NCBI GenBank assembly: GCA_965228475.1
Contig: OZ245817.1
Span: 1,248,001-1,312,000, forward strand
DNA from: Myxococcota bacterium
Lineage (GTDB): Bacteria; Myxococcota_A; UBA9160; JAFDDA01
Direction: 5' to 3'
Length of the DNA: 64,000 nucleotides
Shown here: positions 48,243 to 57,661 of the stretch, piece by piece
Numbering within the stretch: the first letter of the stretch is position 1
Layout of the letters: every line of letters starts with the position of its first letter
Program-made: the position numbers and the translations under genes
Notes under the pieces: generated by a model
Database searches by the model: none
Seen by the model: the letters and a program-made list of their open reading frames with translations, nothing else
What the model was told of the DNA's origin: nothing

Positions 48243-50344
48243 TGTCCGGCTTCGACGAGCGCGAGCAAGAGAGCATCCGTCAGGATCTCGCGAGCCACGA
48301 CGAAGAAGTTCGTCGCCTGGCCGTCGAGCGCCTGGCGACGCTCTCGAGCGACGAGGGGCTCCCTCGGCTCGTCGACTGTCTCGGGGACCCGAGCTGGCGC
48401 GTCCGCAAGGCCGCCGTCGAGCGGCTCGCCGGCGTGAACGAGCCCTGGGCCGTGGCGGACGCCCTGATCTCGGCCCTGGCCGACGGGGACAACCCCGGAC
48501 GCCGCAACGCCGCCGTCGAAGTTCTCGTGCGATCCGGGCCGCGGGTGGTTCCGCGCCTGATCGAAGCCACCCAGGACGCCGACGTCGACGTGCGCAAGCT
48601 CGTCGTCGACGCGCTGGCCGGCATCGCCGACGAGCGGGCCACGACCCGGCTGATCGAGATCCTCGACGATCCCGACCCGAACGTCCGAGGCGCCGCTGCC
48701 GATGCCCTCGGCGGCATCGAAGACCGCCGCGTCGGCCCGGCACTCCTCGCCGCCGCCGTACGCGAGGACGAGGACCGGCTGGTTCGCTTCTCGGCCCTGC
48801 GCGCGCTCTCGCGTCTGGAGCAGCCCGTCGCGGCCCAGGACCTCGTCGGGGTTCTCGACGACCCGGTGCTCCGTCCGGCGGCCTTCGCCGTGCTCGGCCA
48901 CACCGACAGCGACCAGGCCGTCGAGTTCCTCCTGAAGGGACTGCTCGGAACCTCGCGTGCGAGCTGCGAAGCGGCGATGGAGTCGCTGTTGCGGATGCTC
49001 GCCCGCCTCGATGGCGTTCGCGCCGGCTGGCTGATCGAGCGCATCTCGGAGACCGCGTCGAGCGCGGAACGGTTGACCGCGGACGGCGCCGAACGCCTCG
49101 AGACCGCCGATCTCGCGACGCGCCTCGTGCTCGTCCAGTTCCTCGGCCTGCTGCGAAACGCCGACGTCGTCCTGCCCGTACTGCTGGCGGGCCGCGACGA
49201 AGCGCTCGCCGACGTGGCGACCGCCACGCTCGCTGCGATGGGGCCCTTGACCGAACAGGCCCTCGAAGCCGGGTGGGAGACCCTGCCGCCCGACTCGCGC
49301 GAGCTCGCCTGCCAGGTCCTCGGCCAGACGCGCGGCGAGAGCGGCGAAGCGCGCCTTCTCGTCGCCCTCGACGATTCCGAAGGACGGCTTCGCGCCGCCG
49401 CCGCCCGCGCGCTCGGCCGCCGCCACTGCGCGGACGCGCTGCCGGCTCTCGTCCGGCGCCTGGAAGCCGCCGCCGAGCTCGACGACGCGGCCGGTGAAGA
49501 CGAACTCTCGGCGGTGGTCGACGCCCTCGTCGGTCTGGCCCGCCCCGAGGACGGTGCTTCGCCCCTCGCGACCGAGCAGACGCTCGAGCTGCTCGGTGCC
49601 CGCCTGAACGGAGCGAGTGAGCCCGTCCGCCTGGCCATCGCCACCGTGCTCGGCCGCATCGGCAGCGCCGCGGACGCCGGGATCGTCACGCACCTGCTGC
49701 GGGACGAGAGCCCCTCCGTCCGTCGGGCGGCCGTCCACGCGCTCGGACGGCTCGATGCGGAGTCCGCCGCGGAGCCCCTGCGGCTCGCCCTCGCCGACGA
49801 GAGCCCGGCCGTTCGCATCGCGGCGGCGCGCGCTCTCGGAACCTCACGCATCCCGGACGTGGTCGACGACCTCGAACGCCTCGCCGACGACGAAGACGCC
49901 CGCGTCCGGGCCGCGACCCTGCGCGCGCTCGGCGGCTGGGGGGCCCAGTCGTCCCGCGACGAAGGCCGGGAGCGCGTGGTGGCCACCCTCGCACGGGGGC
50001 TCTCCGACGAGGGCGTCGTCGCCATGGCGGCGGCCGAGGCCTTCCAGGCCCTCGGCGGGCAGGCCGCGGCGGACGCCTGCATCCCGGTGCTCTCCTTCGA
50101 GGATCCAGAGCTCGTGCTGTCGGCCATCGCCTGCATCGGCAAGCACGGCGATGCCGCGGCCGTCTCGGAGCTGATCCCGCTTGCCGCGCATCCGCACTGG
50201 TCGGTGCGCGCCGAATCGATCGCGACGCTCTCGGAGCGGGGCGTCGCCCAGGCGGTCCCGGCGATCCTGCGCCGGCTCGAAACGGAACAGGACGACTTCG
50301 TCCGCGACGCGATCCTGCGCGCGCTCAAGCGGCTGGAGGGTTAG
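48242..50344 (+). CDS. HEAT-repeat protein
   Basis: Many repeats such as LGDPSWRVRKAAVERL, DPDPNVRGAAADALG, DESPSVRRAAVHALG. Confidence 0.9.
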   Translation: MSGFDEREQESIRQDLASHDEEVRRLAVERLATLSSDEGLPRLVDCLGDPSWRVRKAAVERLAGVNEPWAVADALISALADGDNPGRRNAAVEVLVRSGPRVVPRLIEATQDADVDVRKLVVDALAGIADERATTRLIEILDDPDPNVRGAAADALGGIEDRRVGPALLAAAVREDEDRLVRFSALRALSRLEQPVAAQDLVGVLDDPVLRPAAFAVLGHTDSDQAVEFLLKGLLGTSRASCEAAMESLLRMLARLDGVRAGWLIERISETASSAERLTADGAERLETADLATRLVLVQFLGLLRNADVVLPVLLAGRDEALADVATATLAAMGPLTEQALEAGWETLPPDSRELACQVLGQTRGESGEARLLVALDDSEGRLRAAAARALGRRHCADALPALVRRLEAAAELDDAAGEDELSAVVDALVGLARPEDGASPLATEQTLELLGARLNGASEPVRLAIATVLGRIGSAADAGIVTHLLRDESPSVRRAAVHALGRLDAESAAEPLRLALADESPAVRIAAARALGTSRIPDVVDDLERLADDEDARVRAATLRALGGWGAQSSRDEGRERVVATLARGLSDEGVVAMAAAEAFQALGGQAAADACIPVLSFEDPELVLSAIACIGKHGDAAAVSELIPLAAHPHWSVRAESIATLSERGVAQAVPAILRRLETEQDDFVRDAILRALKRLEG

Positions 50345-50350
50345 GCGCAG

Positions 50351-51289
50351 ATGTTCTCGGCCGGTGCCGACATCGCCCCGCTCACGGATTCGGAGTTCCG
50401 CATGTTCTGCGAACTCTTCCGGGCGCATTGCGGCCTGCACTTCGGCCCGGAATCGCGCTTCCTGCTCGAGAAGCGGCTGGCCCGGCGGATGAGCGAGATC
50501 GAAGTCGAGAGCTACGGCGCCTACCACTACCTGCTGCGCAGTGAGCGCGACGGTGCGGAAGAAATGGCCGCGGCCATCGACGCGCTCACCACCAACGAGA
50601 CCTACTTCTTCCGGGAGCTCTCGCCGCTACGCGCCCTGGTCAACGAGATCATCCCCGAGCGCCTCCAGAACCAGCCGGGGCCGGTGACGATCTGGAGCGC
50701 GGGCTGTTCGAGCGGCGAGGAGCCCTACACGATCCTGATGCTCGCGCGCGAAGCCGGCCTCGAACCCGGGCGTGATCTCCACGTCTACGCCTCGGACATC
50801 TCGCGCGGCGTGCTCCAGAAGGCGCGGCGCGGGGTCTATCGCGAGGCGTCCTTCCGCGACACCGACTCCTACTTCAAGGAGAAGTACTTCGTCGAGAAGG
50901 ATGGCTCCTATGCGATCCGCGACGAGGTGAAGCACCACGTCGACTTCATCCACCTGAACCTGGTGGACCAGTCGAAGATCGCGATCCTGCCGACGATGGA
51001 CGTGATCCTGTGCCGGAATGTGATCATCTACTTCGACACCGAGACCAAGGCGAGCGTGGTGCGCACGTTCCACGACAAGCTCTCGCCGGCGGGGTATCTG
51101 CTGGTCGGGCACTCGGAGTCGCTCTTGAACCTCTCGAACGACTTCCAGCTCCACCACCTCCGCAACGACATGGTCTATCGCAAGCCCGCGGTGGGCGAGG
51201 AGCGGGGGGACCGCTGGCACGGCGCCGCCGAAGCGGCCATCGCCCGGGTGGACGGCCCGATGCACGGGCGCCGGAAGGGGGACGTGTGA
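50351..51289 (+). CDS. cheR: chemotaxis methyltransferase CheR
   Basis: TTNETYFFRE, IWSAGCSSGEEPY, DVILCRNVIIYF. Confidence 0.96.
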   Translation: MFSAGADIAPLTDSEFRMFCELFRAHCGLHFGPESRFLLEKRLARRMSEIEVESYGAYHYLLRSERDGAEEMAAAIDALTTNETYFFRELSPLRALVNEIIPERLQNQPGPVTIWSAGCSSGEEPYTILMLAREAGLEPGRDLHVYASDISRGVLQKARRGVYREASFRDTDSYFKEKYFVEKDGSYAIRDEVKHHVDFIHLNLVDQSKIAILPTMDVILCRNVIIYFDTETKASVVRTFHDKLSPAGYLLVGHSESLLNLSNDFQLHHLRNDMVYRKPAVGEERGDRWHGAAEAAIARVDGPMHGRRKGDV

Positions 51290-52359
51290 GCGAGCACGGC
51301 CTCATCGAAGTCCTCGTGATCGACGACTCGGCGTTCAGCCGCCGCACGATCACGCGCATGCTCGAGACCTCGCCCCTGGTGCGGGTGGTGGGTTCGGCGC
51401 GCGACGGCGAGGAAGCGCTGCAGAAGGCCTTCAAGCTGAAGCCCGACCTCATCACCCTCGATCTCGAGATGCCGCGCATGGACGGCTTCACGTTCCTGCG
51501 GCTGGTGATGGCGAAGATGCCGACGCCGGTGATGGTGATCAGCGGACGCGCGGGTGAGGAGGAGGTCTTCAAGGCCCTCGAACTCGGCGCGGTCGACTTC
51601 ATCGCGAAGCCCACGCCGCGGCCGACCCCCGAACTCGAGACGATCCAGCAGGAGGTGATCCGCAAGGTTCACGCCATCCGCCAGCTCCGCATCGACAAGG
51701 TGAAGGAGCAGCTCGCCTCGCCCTACGAACTGACGCGCCCGCCGCTCGAGCCCGCGAAGCCCGCGCCGGTGCCGAAGGTCGTCGTGTTCGGTTCGTCGAC
51801 GGGAGGCCCCGCTGCGCTGATGAAGATCCTCGGGAGCTTCTCCGAACCTCCGCCCTTCGGGATCCTCGTGGCGCAGCACATGCCCCAGGGCTTCACCAAG
51901 GGCTTCGCCGAGCGCATCGACCGCCTCACCTGCTTCACGGCGCGTGAAGCGCGCGACGGGGACCGGCCCGAACCGGGCACGGTGCTCGTTGCACCCGGCG
52001 GCCAGCACCTCGAGATCGAGAACACCGGCGGGCGGATGCTGGCCCGGCTCGTGGAGCGCTCGCAGGGCGAGAAGTACGCCCCCTCGGTGGACCGGCTCTT
52101 CCGCTCGGCCGCCAAGGCCTACGGCCCGAAGCTCCAGGCGGTGGTGCTCACGGGCATGGGGAACGACGGGCGCGCCGGCGTCTGCGACGTGAAGCAGCAC
52201 GGCGGGACCATCGTCGCGGAATCGGAAGAAACGGCCGTGATTTTCGGCATGCCGCAGCAGGCCATCCAGACCGGATGCGTCGACGCGGTGCTGCCGTTGG
52301 GTTCGATCGGACGGGCGATCCAGACCGGGATCGCCGACGACGGGAAGGGGTCGCAATGA
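51286..52359 (+). CDS. cheB: chemotaxis methylesterase CheB with receiver domain
   Basis: VIDDSAF, TLDLEMP, GSSTGGP, QHMP, LTGMGNDG. Confidence 0.96.
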   Translation: MSEHGLIEVLVIDDSAFSRRTITRMLETSPLVRVVGSARDGEEALQKAFKLKPDLITLDLEMPRMDGFTFLRLVMAKMPTPVMVISGRAGEEEVFKALELGAVDFIAKPTPRPTPELETIQQEVIRKVHAIRQLRIDKVKEQLASPYELTRPPLEPAKPAPVPKVVVFGSSTGGPAALMKILGSFSEPPPFGILVAQHMPQGFTKGFAERIDRLTCFTAREARDGDRPEPGTVLVAPGGQHLEIENTGGRMLARLVERSQGEKYAPSVDRLFRSAAKAYGPKLQAVVLTGMGNDGRAGVCDVKQHGGTIVAESEETAVIFGMPQQAIQTGCVDAVLPLGSIGRAIQTGIADDGKGSQ

Positions 52360-53171
52360 GCGACGAATCGAAGGTGTTCGGAAGGGCCGACGAGTTCCTC
52401 ACCCTGTTCAAGCAGGGTGCGGACTTCACGAAGGAACTTCTCGAGGAGAACGAGCGCCTGCGCCACCACCTCCTTTCGATCCAGGAGGGCGCCCGCGAGG
52501 CGGCCACGGATCCGACGGAGTGGGACAATCTGCGGGGGCAGCTGCTCTCGCAGATCGATCAGCTGAAGGCCGAGAAGGACACCGTCCTCGAGCGCCTGAA
52601 GCTCGTCGAGGCGGAGAACCGGCAGTTCGCCGAGCGGTATCTGGAGATCGAGGAGGAGAACAACAACCTCGCGAACCTCTACGTCGCGAGCTACCAGCTC
52701 CACTCGACGCTCGCCCTCGGCGAAGTGCTGAAGATCATCATCGAGATCGTGATCAACCTGATCGGCGCCGAGGTCTTCGCCGTCTACGTGCAGGACGAGA
52801 AGTCGGGCGCACTCGAGGCGGTCGCCTCCGAGGGCGTCGAGACCTCGACCTTCCCGAAGATCGCTCCGGGCGCCGGCGTGATCGGTGGCTCGGTGTCCTC
52901 GGGTGAGACGTTCTGCGGGGAGACCGGCACCTCGAACGATTGGGAGTCGCCCATCGCGTGCATCCCGCTGCGCGTCCAGGACCGGCCGATCGGTGCGATC
53001 GCCATCTACAGCCTGCTCGAGCAGAAGGAATCCTTCACGCCACTCGACCACGAGCTGTTCACGCTCCTGGCCGGCCACGCGGCGACGGCGATCTTCGCCG
53101 CGCAGCTGTACTCGCAGTCGGAACGCAAGCTCAACACCATCCAGGGCTTCATCGATCTGCTCACGAAGTGA
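52356..53171 (+). CDS. coiled-coil + GAF domain protein
   Basis: ELLEENERLR...EEENNNLANLYVASYQLHSTL, then a GAF fold (IPLRVQDRPIGAIAIY). Confidence 0.85.
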   Translation: MSDESKVFGRADEFLTLFKQGADFTKELLEENERLRHHLLSIQEGAREAATDPTEWDNLRGQLLSQIDQLKAEKDTVLERLKLVEAENRQFAERYLEIEEENNNLANLYVASYQLHSTLALGEVLKIIIEIVINLIGAEVFAVYVQDEKSGALEAVASEGVETSTFPKIAPGAGVIGGSVSSGETFCGETGTSNDWESPIACIPLRVQDRPIGAIAIYSLLEQKESFTPLDHELFTLLAGHAATAIFAAQLYSQSERKLNTIQGFIDLLTK

Positions 53172-53232
53172 AGCGCGGCCCGAGCGGGCCGCGAACGGGT
53201 GGCCCGGAAGGGTCGCTTAGGAGGACGAAACC

Positions 53233-53610
53233 ATGGCGCAGCACAGGATCCTGATCGTCGAGGACAGCCCGATGATGCGGCAGCTGCTCACCTTCGCATT
53301 GAAGCGTCTGAAGGACGTCGACATCGTCGAGGCCCAGGACGGCATGGACGGCCTGCGCAAGGTGACGAGCGACCACTTCGACCTGGCGCTGATCGACATC
53401 AACATGCCGGTCATGGACGGCCTCAAGCTGATCAGCCTGATCCGGGGCGAGGACAGCCTGAAGGAGATGCCGGTCTGCGTCATCACGACCGAAGGCGCCA
53501 AGGAAGACCGTGCCCGCGCGCTGACCCTCGGGGCCAACGAGTATCTGACGAAGCCGATCCAGGCGAACCAGGTGCTCTCCGTCGCGAAGTCGCTGCTGAA
53601 GCTCGAGTGA
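53233..53610 (+). CDS. cheY: CheY-like single-domain response regulator (second)
   Basis: ILIVEDS, IDINMPVMDG, ITTE, TKPI. Confidence 0.9.
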   Translation: MAQHRILIVEDSPMMRQLLTFALKRLKDVDIVEAQDGMDGLRKVTSDHFDLALIDINMPVMDGLKLISLIRGEDSLKEMPVCVITTEGAKEDRARALTLGANEYLTKPIQANQVLSVAKSLLKLE

Positions 53611-53689
53611 GCCGCCAGCGGGTCCCGCGGTGACCCAGCGGGCCATCCCGCGGTGAAAGAGGGCGGGGATTTTGGTATGACCTCGCCTC

Positions 53690-54223
53690 GTGAGACGCAC
53701 TTCGAATCGAACGCTCCTGGCCCTCCTCCTGGCCGTCCTCGTCGGGTCCGCGGGCTGTGGCTACTCGATGGTCCGCTACCAGGGCGCCTTCCCCGATGCG
53801 GAGACCCTGGCGATCGAGCCCCTGAGCAATGAGAGCTACGAGCCGGGCGTCGAAGCCGTCGTGCTCGAAGCCCTCCGGCGCGAGGCGCTCCAGCGCAGCG
53901 GCCTCCGCCTGATCGAAGATCCCGAAGCGGCGGACATCGTGATCTCCGGCGCCGTCTCGAGCCTGATCATCCAGCCCCGCAGTTTCTCCTCGGTGGTCCT
54001 GGCCCTCGAGTACGAGGTCTTCCTCCAGATCCAGCTCGCCGCCCGCAACGGCGATGGCGAGCCGCTCGTCCTGGACGGGCGGGCGCAGTACGAGCGCGAC
54101 TTCTACACCTCGAGCCCCGACATCGAGGCCACCCGCAAGAACCGGCGCGAAACCATCCATCGCATGGCGAGCGTCCTGGCCGACCGCGTGTACGACTCGC
54201 TCTACGAGTCCGCCACGCCTTGA
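53690..54223 (+). CDS. lptE: LPS assembly lipoprotein LptE
   Basis: Lipobox SAGCGY, NESYEPGVE; directly upstream of holA. Confidence 0.8.
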   Translation: MRRTSNRTLLALLLAVLVGSAGCGYSMVRYQGAFPDAETLAIEPLSNESYEPGVEAVVLEALRREALQRSGLRLIEDPEAADIVISGAVSSLIIQPRSFSSVVLALEYEVFLQIQLAARNGDGEPLVLDGRAQYERDFYTSSPDIEATRKNRRETIHRMASVLADRVYDSLYESATP

Positions 54224-54265
54224 CCGCGGAGGACGCCACCCCGTGAACCCGGAAGGCGCCAGGCC

Positions 54266-55243
54266 GTGACCCCCGAAGAGCTTCGCGAGGAGCTCGAGGG
54301 CGGGCAGGTTCGCCCCGCGTACCTCCTGGCCGGCGAAGAGGCGCTCCTGCGCGATGACGCCCTCGCGGCCCTGCGGCGCATCGTCCTGGCCGAAGGCGCC
54401 GCCGACTTCAACTGGGACCTCCTGCCCGCTTCTTCCACGACGCCCGCCCAGCTCCGCGACGCCCTCGCGATGCTCCCGGTGATGGCGCCCCGGCGCCTGG
54501 TCTGTCTCCAGGGCATCGAGGAACGCCGCGCCGGATCGCGCGAGCTCGTGGAGGCCCTCGCCGAGCTGGTGCCGGACCTCTCGCCCGAGGCCAGCGTCGT
54601 GCTCGTGGTGACGGCCGCGAAGGCGGATCGCCGGGGGCGCTGGGCCAAGGCCTTCGCCTCGGCCGGTGGCGTCGTCGAGTGCGAAGCCCCGAAGAACCGC
54701 CGATCGCTCCAGTCCTTCGTGAAGGCGGAGGCGAAACGTCAGGGCGTGAAATTCGAGGCCGGTGCCGCGGAGGCGCTGGCCGAACGCATCGGGCCCGAGC
54801 TGTTGATGCTGCGCCAGGAGATCGCCAAGGTCGCGCTGCTGGCCGGCCCGGACACGCCGGTCGGCCGCGCCCACGTGGCGACGGCGACGAGCGACGTGGC
54901 CGAGGAGCCGATCTGGGAACTGACGGACGCCATCGGAGAGGGCAGGGGGGCGGCGGCCCTCGGCGTGCTCGGCAAGCTTCTCGGCGGAGGTGCGGCGCCG
55001 CCGGCCCTGCTCGGTTCGCTCGCGAACCACTTCCGCAAGCTCCTGCGGGTGCGCAGCGGGCAGCAGCCCCTCGGGCCGCCGTTCGTCGTGAAGAAGCTCC
55101 AGCGGCAGGCCGGCCGCTACACGCCGGCGCGGCTGCGCCGCTGCATCGACGCCATCCACGAGGTGGACCTCACCCTGAAGGGCCGCGGCGGGATCTCTCC
55201 CGGCCTGGCCCTCGAACGTCTGGTGATGGGTCTGTCTGCCTGA
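54266..55243 (+). CDS. holA: DNA polymerase III delta subunit
   Basis: PAYLLAGEEALL, FNWD, LPVMAPRRLV, IWELTDAI; convergent with rpsT. Confidence 0.92.
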   Translation: MTPEELREELEGGQVRPAYLLAGEEALLRDDALAALRRIVLAEGAADFNWDLLPASSTTPAQLRDALAMLPVMAPRRLVCLQGIEERRAGSRELVEALAELVPDLSPEASVVLVVTAAKADRRGRWAKAFASAGGVVECEAPKNRRSLQSFVKAEAKRQGVKFEAGAAEALAERIGPELLMLRQEIAKVALLAGPDTPVGRAHVATATSDVAEEPIWELTDAIGEGRGAAALGVLGKLLGGGAAPPALLGSLANHFRKLLRVRSGQQPLGPPFVVKKLQRQAGRYTPARLRRCIDAIHEVDLTLKGRGGISPGLALERLVMGLSA

Positions 55244-55273
55244 GACGCCTCGATCGGGGGACCGATCGGGCTC

Positions 55274-55304
55274 CGCTCGCATCGGGGGAAACCCCGATGG
55301 AGCG
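55274..55304. terminator. hairpin between convergent holA and rpsT
   Basis: CGCTC(G)CATCGGGG-GAAA-CCCCGATG-GAGCG. Confidence 0.55.
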
Positions 55305-55315
55305 AAGAAGAGGCA

Positions 55316-55567
55316 CTACTGGGTGCGGCTGGCGAGGCGCGAGACGAGCCGGCTGGCGCGCTTGGCCGGGATCACGCCCTTGCTGGCGGCCCGGCGAAGC
55401 TGGCTCTCGGCGAGGCGCGTGAGCGCCGCGGCATCGTCGGCACCGGAATCCACGGCTTCCTGGGCCCGCTTGAGGGTCGCCCGGACACGGGTCTTCACGG
55501 CGCGGTTCCGCGCTCGGCGGACTTCGTTCTGGCGGGCACGCTTGACCGCCGATTTGTGGTTCGCCAC
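55316..55567 (-). CDS. rpsT: 30S ribosomal protein S20
   Basis: MANHKSAVKRARQNEVRRARN...KGVIPAKRASRLVSRL. Confidence 0.96.
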   Translation of the reverse strand: MANHKSAVKRARQNEVRRARNRAVKTRVRATLKRAQEAVDSGADDAAALTRLAESQLRRAASKGVIPAKRASRLVSRLASRTQ

Positions 55568-55721
55568 GGAGGCTCCTTCGAGGACGGCGGCCCTGGGGCC
55601 GCTGGGCGGCGAAACATAGCGGGCCGGCAGGAAAAATCGACCCGCGGGGCCGGGCCCGCAGGGCCCCTCCTGGAGCTCCGGGCCGAGGCCCCCGGGGATG
55701 CCCCCAAGGCCGCCTCCGGCC

Positions 55722-55749
55722 TCCAGCCGAGCGCCTCGGAAGCCGATAC
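55722..55749 (+). promoter_or_regulatory. sigma28/FliA-like promoter motif
   Basis: TCCAG-N15-GCCGATAC upstream of the TPR membrane gene. Confidence 0.45.
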
Positions 55750-55780
55750 GACAGGGGATTTCGTTTGTTCCGGAGGGGGC

Positions 55781-57661
55781 TTGGCGATCTCATTGCAGCG
55801 CTTTGCAGCCGCCGCGGCCTCGGCCGCGGCCCGGGTCGCGCGCGGGACCGTGTTCCTGTCGTTCGCGGCGTGCGTGCTCGTGGCGGTCACCGCGGCGAAC
55901 GCCGAGGCCCCGGACGAAGCCGCGCCCGAAGCGGGCGCCGCACCGCAGGAAGCGGCCGCGGGCCTCGCCCCGGGCGATGCAGGCCGCCCGCCCGTCACGC
56001 GCCTGAGCGACGCGTTCCGCGCCGCGTCGCCGGAGGAAGGGCTCGACGTGCGCGTCGAACGCGTTCGCCGGGAGGCCTCGGCCATGGGCATGCGAAGCGC
56101 GGAGCCCGCCGCGCGGGGTCTGCTCCTGGCGACGGATCTCGGCAGCGAGGCCGAGCGCGCCCGTGCCGCGACGCGCCTCGCGCCCGGGCTGCCGGCCGCC
56201 TGGGGCGCACTCGCTCGCAGCTCCGGCTCGGTCACCGGCCTCGGTCACCTCGCGCGCGGCGTCTTCGAACTCGAACGCAACCTGGTGGCCTCGCTCTGGT
56301 GGCGTGCGACGGCGACCCGCGTCGTCGCCTGGGCACTCGTCGGCGGGGGGATTCTGTTTCTCCTGCTCTGCGCGGTACGCGCCACGTCGCGCGCCCGTCA
56401 CGATCTCTCCCACCGTTTCGGGGGCCTCGGTCCGGGGCTCGCACAGGCCCTCGTCGCCGCCCTGCTCGTCGCGATCCTGATGCCGGCCTGGACGGGGGAA
56501 GGCCTAGCGGGTCTGGCCGTCGGTGCCTTTGCGTGGGCGTTCCTGTGGGCGCCGGGACGCGAACGGGTGCCCCTGCTCGCGGCGATCGCCGGCGTCGGGC
56601 TGGCCATCTATCCGCTGACCGCGGAGACCGGGCGTTGGATCGCGGCGCTCCATGCGGATCCGGACACGCTCTCGGTACGCAGCGCCCACGTCGGCGATCT
56701 CTCGACGGCGGAGCGCGAACGGCTCGCCGCGCGCGCGCCGAACGACCCGGCCGCGGCCTACGCACTCGCGCAGTGGAGCCGCCGGAGCGGGGACCTCGAC
56801 GGCGCCGAGCGCTGGCTCGCCGCGATCGGGGAGCCGGCCTCCGAGAGTTCGGTGGTCCTGAACCAGGTGGCGAACCTCCGCCTGGCACGGGGCGACGGCG
56901 AGGGTGCGATCGCTTCCTACCGCGATGCCTACGCCGCGCGCCGCCGCGCGGAGATCCAGTTCAACCTGGCCCAGGTCCACGGGAGCCGCATCGAACTCGC
57001 CGAACAGCAGGCCGCGCTCGAAGCCGCGCACTCGATCTCCGGCTCGACGGTGCGGGAGCTGGCGGAGCTTCGTGGCGACGGCCGCCTGGCCGTCGACCTG
57101 GCCTGGCCGGTCTCGGACCTCCGCCGACGCCTCGGCGCGGCGGCCGAGGGTGGGCCCGTCGCGGCCGCGTTGCGCGACCCCTTCGGTAGGGGCCGCCTGA
57201 CGGGGTCGACGGACCCCGCCCTCGCGGCCTTCGGCGCCGTCGCCGTGCTCGGCCTGGCGCTGGGACGGGGGCGTCGGGCCGGCCAGCCGTGCGGCGCCTG
57301 CGGAGAGCGCCGCTGCGAAGACTGCGACCTCGGGGCGGGGGATGCCGACGAGCGCCGCTGTTCCCTTTGTGGCGGGCCGTGGGCGAACGCCCCGCTGCGC
57401 GCCCTGCGGAGCCTGACCGCGCGCTTCGCGGATCGTTGCGTTCCCGGTGCGGCCGGTCTGTCGGCCGGCCGTCCCTGGCTCGCCCTGGTCTCGTGCCTCA
57501 CCGCCTCCTTCGCGGCGGCGGCCATCGCCCTGCGCAACGGCGTCGTCGCGGACCCCTTCGCCGTCGGACTCGTCGGCCCCTTCGCCTTCGCGAGCCTCGC
57601 CACCCTGGCCCTCTTCGTCTACGCGGGGACGACCTTCGCCGCACGGAGGGCCCGCGCATGA
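55781..57661 (+). CDS. multi-TM protein with TPRs and Cys-rich (zinc-finger-like) segment
   Basis: TTG start after GGAGG; TM blocks; VLNQVANL and IQFNLAQV TPRs; CGACGERRCEDC...CSLC. Confidence 0.7.
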   Translation: MAISLQRFAAAAASAAARVARGTVFLSFAACVLVAVTAANAEAPDEAAPEAGAAPQEAAAGLAPGDAGRPPVTRLSDAFRAASPEEGLDVRVERVRREASAMGMRSAEPAARGLLLATDLGSEAERARAATRLAPGLPAAWGALARSSGSVTGLGHLARGVFELERNLVASLWWRATATRVVAWALVGGGILFLLLCAVRATSRARHDLSHRFGGLGPGLAQALVAALLVAILMPAWTGEGLAGLAVGAFAWAFLWAPGRERVPLLAAIAGVGLAIYPLTAETGRWIAALHADPDTLSVRSAHVGDLSTAERERLAARAPNDPAAAYALAQWSRRSGDLDGAERWLAAIGEPASESSVVLNQVANLRLARGDGEGAIASYRDAYAARRRAEIQFNLAQVHGSRIELAEQQAALEAAHSISGSTVRELAELRGDGRLAVDLAWPVSDLRRRLGAAAEGGPVAAALRDPFGRGRLTGSTDPALAAFGAVAVLGLALGRGRRAGQPCGACGERRCEDCDLGAGDADERRCSLCGGPWANAPLRALRSLTARFADRCVPGAAGLSAGRPWLALVSCLTASFAAAAIALRNGVVADPFAVGLVGPFAFASLATLALFVYAGTTFAARRARA

